A stretch of DNA of 64,000 nt from Clostridia bacterium (lineage in GTDB: Bacteria > Bacillota > Clostridia > Christensenellales > UBA1242), in the NCBI GenBank assembly GCA_045655005.1, contig JAZOOJ010000006.1, positions 70,130-134,129 on the forward strand. Reading direction: 5' to 3'. The notes under the pieces were generated by a model. It searched no databases. It had not been told where the DNA came from and saw nothing but the letters and a program-made list of their open reading frames with translations. The translations under genes and the position numbers were made by a program. Shown in pieces: positions 57,238 through 64,000 of the stretch. Each line of letters opens with the position of its first letter. Within the stretch, counting starts at the first letter, position 1.

Positions 57238-58665
57238 ATGAATTTTGATTATGCAATAATCGGAGGCGGAGTTGTTGGCTCCGCCATATTAAACAAATTA
57301 ACTAGGCTTGGCAAATCTTGTGTCTTAATTGAAAAAGAAAGTGATGTAGGATTTGGTTCCAGTAAAGCAAATAGTGCAATTATACATACGGGTTTTGATT
57401 GCACCCCAGGAACATTAAAAGCAAAACTTAATGTCCGTGGTGCAGAAATGTTCCCAGAAATTGCCAAGAGGCTTGGCGTTAAAATTGTTAATAACGGACA
57501 TTTAGTCGTAGGGAATGATGTTGACCGGCTTAACGAGTTAAAAGAAAAAGGAGAGAAAAACGGGGTTAAAGGACTTGAAGTAATTGATTTTGAAAGATTG
57601 CACGAAATGGAACCAATGCTTTCAAATGATATTAGGTATGCTCTTTTTGCTCCAACTGGCTGTATCGTTCCGTCTTATGAATTGGCTGTGGCGTTTGCGG
57701 AAGAGGCTGTTGTCAATGGTGCTGTTGTAAAGCTTGGCTTTGACACAAAAGAAGTAACTAATAAAAACGGTATATATGTTATTTCCAATGGTAATGAAGA
57801 AGTCTTCGCAAAGGTAATTATAAATGCTTGCGGAAGTGGATATAATGACATTGCAAAATTAATTGGAAGCGAAAGTTATCCTTTACAATTTAGGAGAGGT
57901 GAATATTATATTTTAGATAAAAATCACTCCAATGTTTGCACGCATACTATTTTCCCATTGCCAACAAAAGAATCGAAAGGCATTTTAATTACCAATACTG
58001 TTGCTGGAAATATATTAGTCGGACCTACATCTTATGAGTGTGATGCAAGTACCAAAACAACGACAGCTGGACTAAATGAAGTAAAAGAAAAAGCGTTGTC
58101 AGAAATGCCAAGTTTACCATTGCGTGGTAATATTAGGGTGTTTAGTGGCGTAAGGAATATTTCTGGGAATGACTTTATAATTGAAAAAAGTAAACGAAAA
58201 GAAAACGTTATAAATCTTGCGGGCATTTGCTCTCCAGGGCTTTCGTCAGCCCCTGCAATTGCTGAAATGGTTGCAGAATTATTAGGATTAAATCCAAACG
58301 AAGAAGTTAAAGATTTGAAATGTTTACAAAAGAAAATCATAATGGCAGATTTATCTCTTGAAGAACAAAACGAAATTATAGACAAAAATCCAAGTTATGG
58401 CAAAGTCGTTTGCAAGTGTGAAAATATATCACTTGGCGAAATTGTAGATGCAGTTAACTCTCCAATTCCAGCACGAACAGTTGATGCGGTAAAACGCAGA
58501 ACAAGGGCAGGTATGGGAAGGTGTCAAGGCGGTTTCTGTATTTTTTCTGTTATGGAAGAAATTGCAAAAGCTCAAGAAATATCCTTTGATGAAGTAGAAA
58601 AAGATGCTCTAGGCTCAAAGATTATTCAAAGTGAAATTAAACCTAGTGGAGGTATGGCAGAATGA
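57238..58665 (+). CDS. FAD-dependent oxidoreductase (GlpA-type glycerol-3-phosphate dehydrogenase-like) with a BFD-like [2Fe-2S] domain
   Basis: DYAIIGGGVVGSA dinucleotide fold. The C-terminal CKCENISLGEI...RAGMGRCQGGFC is a BFD-like motif. Confidence 0.75.
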   Translation: MNFDYAIIGGGVVGSAILNKLTRLGKSCVLIEKESDVGFGSSKANSAIIHTGFDCTPGTLKAKLNVRGAEMFPEIAKRLGVKIVNNGHLVVGNDVDRLNELKEKGEKNGVKGLEVIDFERLHEMEPMLSNDIRYALFAPTGCIVPSYELAVAFAEEAVVNGAVVKLGFDTKEVTNKNGIYVISNGNEEVFAKVIINACGSGYNDIAKLIGSESYPLQFRRGEYYILDKNHSNVCTHTIFPLPTKESKGILITNTVAGNILVGPTSYECDASTKTTTAGLNEVKEKALSEMPSLPLRGNIRVFSGVRNISGNDFIIEKSKRKENVINLAGICSPGLSSAPAIAEMVAELLGLNPNEEVKDLKCLQKKIIMADLSLEEQNEIIDKNPSYGKVVCKCENISLGEIVDAVNSPIPARTVDAVKRRTRAGMGRCQGGFCIFSVMEEIAKAQEISFDEVEKDALGSKIIQSEIKPSGGMAE

Positions 58666-59894
58666 TTAAAGAACTTTATTTCGATGTTGTCGTTTTGGGT
58701 GGTGGTCCAAGCGGAATGGCTGCTGCATTGGAAGCCGAAAAAAATGGTTCGTCAGTTGCAATTGTTGAGCGTGAAGATAAACTTGGCGGAATCTTAAAAC
58801 AGTGTATCCATTCTGGATTTGGGCTTCATCATTTTGGTGAAGAAATGACAGGTCCTGAATATGCTCATCGTTTCGTAGAACAAGTTAACGAAAGTAACTT
58901 AACTCTTTTCCTTTCTAGTTTTGTAGAAAAAGTAGAAACTGGATTGGTAATAATAAAAAATTGTGATGGCATTATCAACTTAAAATGTAAAGCGGTTGTT
59001 GTTGCAGTTGGTTGCAGAGAACGTACCGCTGGTGCAATCGCAATGGCAGGAGAAAGACCAAATGGAGTTTGGACGGCTGGACAAGTACAAAAGTGGGTTA
59101 ATATTTATGGTAAACTTCCATGTAAAAATCCAATAATTTTAGGAAGTGGTGATATCGGTTTGGTAATGGCGAGGCGTTTGACGTTAGAAGGAGCAAAGCC
59201 TCAAATGGTACTTGAAGTTCAAAAAACCACAAGTGGATTAAAACGAAACATCGCTCAATGTTTGAATGATTTTGATATACCATTACACCTCTCAACAACT
59301 GTAGCAGAGGTTGTAGGTTACCCAAATATTGAAGGTGTTTATATCGCAAAGGTGGACGATAATATGAAAATAATTGACGCCACTAAGGAGTACTATCCTT
59401 GTGACGGTTTAGTACTCTCAGTGGGGCTAATTCCTGAAAATGGGCTAATTAAGGACGCAAAAATGAACAATAAGACAAATAGCTTTGTTGTAAATGAGTA
59501 TAATGAGACCTCAATCAATGGAATTTTTGCTTGTGGAAATGTGCTTCACGTACACGATCTTGTAGACTTTGTTACAGCCGAATCTATGAAGACTGGAAGG
59601 TTTGCAAGTGAGTATGCGAAAGGCAATTTGCATTATGGAGTTTCTCACGAAATTAAAGCTGGAAATGGAGTGCGATATACAATGCCAAATTCTTTCTTTG
59701 AAGGTTCAGGGGAGATTGAAATTTTATTCAGAGTTTTAACTAAGTATGTGAAAACAAACATCTTAGTTAAAGATACAGATGGAAATATACTTGCAAAAAA
59801 ATTTGTTATTTCTGCAAATGCTGGTGAGATGCAATCAATTAAATTTAAGAAAGATAATGCTTCTTCGGATATCGTAGTAGAGATGGAGGGATAA
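58662..59894 (+). CDS. FAD/NAD(P)-binding pyridine nucleotide-disulfide oxidoreductase family protein
   Basis: DVVVLGGGPSGMAAA and a second GSGDIGLVMA fold. Overlaps the preceding gene by 4 nt. Confidence 0.75.
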   Translation: MIKELYFDVVVLGGGPSGMAAALEAEKNGSSVAIVEREDKLGGILKQCIHSGFGLHHFGEEMTGPEYAHRFVEQVNESNLTLFLSSFVEKVETGLVIIKNCDGIINLKCKAVVVAVGCRERTAGAIAMAGERPNGVWTAGQVQKWVNIYGKLPCKNPIILGSGDIGLVMARRLTLEGAKPQMVLEVQKTTSGLKRNIAQCLNDFDIPLHLSTTVAEVVGYPNIEGVYIAKVDDNMKIIDATKEYYPCDGLVLSVGLIPENGLIKDAKMNNKTNSFVVNEYNETSINGIFACGNVLHVHDLVDFVTAESMKTGRFASEYAKGNLHYGVSHEIKAGNGVRYTMPNSFFEGSGEIEILFRVLTKYVKTNILVKDTDGNILAKKFVISANAGEMQSIKFKKDNASSDIVVEMEG

Positions 59895-59897
59895 AAA

Positions 59898-60233
59898 ATG
59901 GAAAAAGTTTTTAACTGTATTATGTGTCCACTTGGGTGTGAACTTACTGTTTTGAAAGATGGCGATGAAATAAAGGTGTCAGGGAATACTTGCATACGTG
60001 GTGAAGTTTACGCAAAGAATGAATTAACAAATCCTCAAAGAAGTGTTTCATCTCTTGTTAAGTATAATGGAGGAGTCGTGCCTGTTAAGACAAATGGCAC
60101 AATCCCAAAAGACAAAATTGATGATTGCATGGGTGAACTTGCAAAAATAAAGTTAGATAAAAAGCCCAACTTTCACGATGTAATTATTTCTAATGTTTGT
60201 GGCACTGGAATTGATATTATAGTTTGTGGGTAA
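59898..60233 (+). CDS. DUF1667-like small Cys-motif protein (third member of the clostridial GlpA-like trio)
   Basis: 111 aa. CIMCPLGCEL N-terminal motif and conserved three-gene context. Confidence 0.65.
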   Translation: MEKVFNCIMCPLGCELTVLKDGDEIKVSGNTCIRGEVYAKNELTNPQRSVSSLVKYNGGVVPVKTNGTIPKDKIDDCMGELAKIKLDKKPNFHDVIISNVCGTGIDIIVCG

Positions 60234-60379
60234 ATAAAGTTTAAATAAACTTGACAATATATTAATTAGGGTGTTACACTAGTAATTGGTCGAAGATTAT
60301 TGATGTTATCAATGATATATATTTGGCATTGTTTAATATGCCATTTTACGAACAATAAAAATTTAATATGGAGGTAAAA

Positions 60380-61939
60380 ATGACCATACTTGGTGTAATA
60401 ATCAGTATTATTGCTTTGGGTGTTGGTGTTGCAGGTGGAATATATGGTTCTAAAATATACAACACAAAAAAGTTAGAAGATGCGAAACAAAAGTCAAAGC
60501 AAATTATTGAAGAAGCTGAGAACTCTGTCAAGGTTTTAAAGAAAGAAGCGATGATTGAAGCAAAAGAAGAAGCTTTAAAACTAAAAAACGAAGCAGAGGA
60601 AGAATTGAAAGAAAGACGTGTAGAAGTTACAAAACTTGAAAATCGTCTAAGACAGAAAGAAGAAACACTAGATAAAAAAGAAGAAATACTAGATAAAAAA
60701 TCGCTTTCTATTGACGAGCAGAAAGAAGCGATAGAAAAGAAGGTAAAAGAATTAGAAAATGCTCAAAGTGAGCTTGCAAAAAGAAGCGAAGAAATAGAAA
60801 AAGAACTTTCAAGAGTAGCAGGTTTAACAAAAGAAGATGCAAAATCTGAGTTGGTTAAATCAATTGAAGAAGATGCAAGAAGAGAAGCAGGAACTATCGT
60901 AAAAAGACTTGAACAAGAGGCCCGTGATAATGCTGAACGTGAAGCAAAAGAAATTGTTATGCAAGCAATTCAAAAATGTGCAACTGACCATACAGCCGAA
61001 GTTACTGTATCAGCAGTTACTCTGCCAAATGATGAAATGAAGGGAAGAATCATTGGAAGAGAGGGAAGAAATATTAGAACTATTGAACAAGCGACAGGTG
61101 TAGACCTAATTGTTGATGATACCCCAGAAGCCGTTATCATTAGTTGCTTTGATCCAATAAGACGTGAAGTTGCAAGACAAACTATTGAAAAATTAATTTC
61201 TGACGGAAGAATACATCCGGGCAGAATTGAAGAAATTGTTGAAAAGGTTAAAAAGGATCTTGAAAAGACGATTGCAGAAGCAGGTGAGAACGCAACATTT
61301 GATGCAGGTGTATTTGGATTAAGTCCTGAACTTGTGAAGATTTTCGGAAGACTTAAATACAGAACTAGTTATGGACAAAATTGCTTACAGCACTCTCTTG
61401 AAACCAGTTACATTGCAGGGCTAATAGCCGGAGAACTTGGTGCAGATGTTACAGTGTGTAAGCGTGCTGGACTTTTGCACGATATTGGTAAAGCGATGGA
61501 CTTTGAAGTTGAAGGGACCCATGTATCGATTGGTGTTGACCTAGCAAAGAAGTATAAAGAAAACGAAGCAGTTATTCATGCAATCGAAGCACATCACGGA
61601 GATGTTGAATATAAAACACTTGAAGCAATGATTGTCCAAGTCGCTGACGCAATATCTTCTTCAAGGCCGGGTGCCAGACGTGAATCTTTGGAAAACTACA
61701 TTAAAAGACTTGAAAAACTTGAATCAATTGCAAATGAATTTAAAGGCGTTCAAAGTTGTTATGCAATTCAAGCTGGACGTGAAATTCGTGTTGCAGTTAA
61801 ACCAGAAGAAGTTAATGATGATGGTATTGTAATTTTAGCAAAAGAAATTGCAAGAAAAATTGAATCTGAACTTGAATATCCAGGTCAAATCAAAGTTAAT
61901 ATTATTCGTGAAACAAGAAGTGTTGACTACGCAACCTAA
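60380..61939 (+). CDS. rny: Ribonuclease Y
   Basis: N-terminal TM helix, long coiled coil, KH domain ([12 protein letters not shown]) and HD domain (LLHDIGKA...HH). ATG 60380 follows GGAGG. Confidence 0.95.
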   Translation: MTILGVIISIIALGVGVAGGIYGSKIYNTKKLEDAKQKSKQIIEEAENSVKVLKKEAMIEAKEEALKLKNEAEEELKERRVEVTKLENRLRQKEETLDKKEEILDKKSLSIDEQKEAIEKKVKELENAQSELAKRSEEIEKELSRVAGLTKEDAKSELVKSIEEDARREAGTIVKRLEQEARDNAEREAKEIVMQAIQKCATDHTAEVTVSAVTLPNDEMKGRIIGREGRNIRTIEQATGVDLIVDDTPEAVIISCFDPIRREVARQTIEKLISDGRIHPGRIEEIVEKVKKDLEKTIAEAGENATFDAGVFGLSPELVKIFGRLKYRTSYGQNCLQHSLETSYIAGLIAGELGADVTVCKRAGLLHDIGKAMDFEVEGTHVSIGVDLAKKYKENEAVIHAIEAHHGDVEYKTLEAMIVQVADAISSSRPGARRESLENYIKRLEKLESIANEFKGVQSCYAIQAGREIRVAVKPEEVNDDGIVILAKEIARKIESELEYPGQIKVNIIRETRSVDYAT

Positions 61940-61944
61940 AAAAG

Positions 61945-61978
61945 AAAGGAAGACAAATATGCGTCTTCCTTTTTATTT
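61945..61978 (+). terminator. Rho-independent terminator after rny
   Basis: 10-bp stem AAAGGAAGAC / GTCTTCCTTT followed by TTATTT. Confidence 0.8.
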
Positions 61979-61989
61979 CGAATTTAATA

Positions 61990-62018
61990 TTGTAATATAC
62001 AGTTCAGTATGATATAAT
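61990..62018 (+). promoter_or_regulatory. Sigma-A promoter of orphan paralogue 1
   Basis: TTGTAA, 17-nt spacer, TGaTATAAT. It is bracketed by the 7-bp inverted repeat TACAGTT/AACTGTA (61998-62004 / 62022-62028). Confidence 0.55.
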
Positions 62019-62051
62019 AGAAACTGTAGATCAGTAAAGGGGTGGATATAT

Positions 62052-62624
62052 ATGATATACGCAACTATCAAGCATAGAAAAGAAGATGAGTCAGCAATGT
62101 ACCCAGCAAGAAATTTTGCAAAAGTTGTTTTTTATGGGGGAAGTAAAGATTGTGAATTGTTAAATCAGTTAATTCAATTTGTGGACAATCATTTACAACA
62201 AATGTATCAAGATGAGTTGGTATGTATTAAGTCAAGAAAAGAACAAATAAAAGAAGAAACTAAAATGGCCATCAATAATAAAAATAGTATGTTTCTACTT
62301 AAAGAGTTGTTTTGTGAAGAAAGGGAATTGCGTTCAAGGAAAGATATCCTTAAAAGAAGTCAAAAAGACGATTCTTCGTTTAGAGTTCATATGTATTTAA
62401 ATATATTTGCATTACTTCAATTCTCTCCAAATTATCAATTAATAGATGAAGACGGAACAGCAATAAGAAACTTTCAGTTGGACATAGATTCGGCAGATTT
62501 AAGCGATCGTGTTGAATTAATGAAAAAAAGTTTAATTGAGGCTAGCAATGAAGAGCGACAAACATGGCGCACAATATATAATTGCGAACCTTCGATGTTG
62601 CAGGTGGATGAAGACGTACAATAA
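62052..62624 (+). CDS. Orphan protein, paralogue 1 of a tandem pair
   Basis: 190 aa with an AGGGGTGG RBS. It shares MIYAT..R.E.E..M....NF..V.F.G, a central YLN.F motif, and the tail (E/K)R(Q/R)xW(R/E)xxYxC with the next gene. Confidence 0.55.
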   Translation: MIYATIKHRKEDESAMYPARNFAKVVFYGGSKDCELLNQLIQFVDNHLQQMYQDELVCIKSRKEQIKEETKMAINNKNSMFLLKELFCEERELRSRKDILKRSQKDDSSFRVHMYLNIFALLQFSPNYQLIDEDGTAIRNFQLDIDSADLSDRVELMKKSLIEASNEERQTWRTIYNCEPSMLQVDEDVQ

Positions 62625-62627
62625 CAT

Positions 62628-62655
62628 AAAAAGACTGTGATTCCAGTCTTTTTAT
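62628..62655 (+). terminator. Rho-independent terminator
   Basis: Stem AAAAGACTG / CAGTCTTTT followed by a T-run. Confidence 0.75.
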
Positions 62656-62687
62656 TTATTAACTTATAAAATACTAATTTACATATG

Positions 62688-62716
62688 TTGCAATAGAGCA
62701 AATAATATGATATAAT
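62688..62716 (+). promoter_or_regulatory. Sigma-A promoter of orphan paralogue 2
   Basis: TTGCAA, 17-nt spacer, TGaTATAAT. Confidence 0.55.
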
Positions 62717-62748
62717 CACACAGGTTTTTGATTTAAGGAGAAATGATT

Positions 62749-63306
62749 ATGATTTATGCAACATTACAAAATAGACAAGAAGCGGAATTTGGGATGATTA
62801 CATCTGATAATTTTACAAGTGTAATATTTAATGGTAAAGATATTGTTGCTTGTAAGATGCTTGATGAATTTATCAAAGACATAGATGAAATATTAATCAG
62901 TAATTATAAAGCAGAATTGGCATATATTGATGAAAAAATTAAATTATTACAAGGTATAAAAGTGTCATTTTTGAATAAGGCAGTTTTACTTTATGAGAGA
63001 TTAAAATTAAGAGCAGAGAGAAATAGAGTTGAAGAACTTTTAAACGACAGTTCTGAAGAACGGGAAGTTCAATATTTAAACGCTTTTAGACATTTAGGGT
63101 TTGAAAGATGTAAAATGTATGAATACCCAGATGGAACAATGGTGCAAGAATTTCAATCAAATGCTGATGTAAAAACATTAGAATTTGGCATCGAAGAATT
63201 AAAAACAGCATTTAAGATTGCTATTCAAAACAAACGACGAATTTGGGAGAAAAAATATAGTTGTGCAATGTTAGGAGCGTTAGAGATATCTGACCAATCT
63301 GAATAA
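62749..63306 (+). CDS. Orphan protein, paralogue 2 of a tandem pair
   Basis: 185 aa from ATG 62749, which lies 8 nt after AAGGAG and gives MIYATLQ.., matching paralogue 1. Track start is 62743. Confidence 0.55.
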   Translation: MIYATLQNRQEAEFGMITSDNFTSVIFNGKDIVACKMLDEFIKDIDEILISNYKAELAYIDEKIKLLQGIKVSFLNKAVLLYERLKLRAERNRVEELLNDSSEEREVQYLNAFRHLGFERCKMYEYPDGTMVQEFQSNADVKTLEFGIEELKTAFKIAIQNKRRIWEKKYSCAMLGALEISDQSE

Positions 63307-63338
63307 GAAGACGATGATGCTCGCCTTCTTATTTTCTT
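63302..63338 (+). terminator. Rho-independent terminator
   Basis: Stem ATAAGAAG..CG / CG..CTTCTTAT followed by TTTCTT. Confidence 0.6.
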
Positions 63339-63445
63339 AAATATGATATTGAAATTTAGTGACAAATTTCACTAACCCCCTAGTAATTTTTTAAAAAATG
63401 TGGTATAATTTATAAAACCGAAAAAAAAGGGGGATTTTTTTGGTA

Positions 63446-64000
63446 ATGAATAAAACAGATAAAAAAGATAAAAGAAAACTTTTGTGTATTTGGCTTTTTA
63501 TTGCAGTGGTTATGGTGTCTTCATTGTTTATATTCGCAGTGGGTATTGGGACATTTTATTATGGCAATAATGCAAAAGTAAATTATTTAAATGCAGAAGT
63601 GAACAATATTGACAACGAGCAAGACGATGTTGTGGAATATGTTGCTAAATTAAATGCAAAGCTTAAAAATAACGAAATAAGTTTAGATGAAGGCTATAAC
63701 TTAATCAACAACTTATTTAAGATAGATAGTACTTTATTGGATATGAAATATGTTGACAACTTAAACACGGGCTGGGTTAAAGTTGAAAATAATTCAGTAG
63801 ATGAATACACATTTTATTTTAATAATTGTATGGTGTCAAGGATTAGATATGTTGAATACGTTGATGAAAATCAAAATATTTTAGACACAGAATATGCAAA
63901 TTCAAGCAATGTAATTAAAACTTATAAGTACGAAGAAGAGTATAGGATTGTTGGTGAAAATGGTTTATCCTATACAGAAAATCAAACTTATAACACAATT
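63446..64000 (+). CDS. Membrane-anchored hypothetical protein, N-terminal part (runs off the window end)
   Basis: GGGGGA RBS. MNKTDKKDKRKLLCIWLFIAVVMVSSLFIFAVGIG.. has one TM helix. The frame is open for 185 codons to base 64000. Absent from the ORF track because no stop is reached. Confidence 0.6.
   Translation, partial: MNKTDKKDKRKLLCIWLFIAVVMVSSLFIFAVGIGTFYYGNNAKVNYLNAEVNNIDNEQDDVVEYVAKLNAKLKNNEISLDEGYNLINNLFKIDSTLLDMKYVDNLNTGWVKVENNSVDEYTFYFNNCMVSRIRYVEYVDENQNILDTEYANSSNVIKTYKYEEEYRIVGENGLSYTENQTYNTI

Overview
Low-GC Firmicutes chromosome segment, Clostridia-like: it has RuvC and a spoIIIA/spoIVB/spoVM sporulation gene set. About 70 genes are present and all but two lie on the + strand. 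Most of the window is housekeeping operons in the classical Bacillus/Clostridium order. The blocks are: truB-efp; spoIIIAA-AH; asp23-nusB-xseAB-spoIVB; pcrA-ligA-gatCAB; yicC-rpoZ-priA-def-fmt-rlmN-rpe-spoVM-rpmB-yloU-yloV-recG; trpS; argS-queH; ytxC-thrS-infC-rpmI-rplT; yebC; ruvCAB-queA-tgt-yajC; a glpA-like trio; and rny. Many genes normally found inside these blocks are missing, which suggests a streamlined genome. The main candidate for an undescribed system is an orphan three-gene operon at the window centre (30913-34703), wedged between tRNA-Gly(GCC) and trpS. It encodes a protein whose C-terminal half is a P-loop kinase, a 251-aa Cys-cluster protein, and a 634-aa protein with a His/Cys/acidic module. 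I could place none of the three in a characterised family. Other notable items follow. (1) A 10-codon leader peptide with tandem Trp codons and interlocking alternative hairpins sits upstream of trpS, where Firmicutes normally have a T-box. (2) A perfect 19-bp inverted repeat brackets the promoter of a collagen-like surface lipoprotein gene and may be an invertible phase switch. (3) A receiver-less Spo0A C-terminal-domain protein occupies the spo0A locus, preceded by four helically phased decamer repeats. (4) An unannotated 32-codon spoVM-like gene lies between rpe and rpmB. (5) A diverged tandem pair of orphan paralogues sits at 62-63 kb. All calls rest on reading the sequence, on motifs recalled from memory and on synteny. 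No database search, HMM scan or RNA folding was run.
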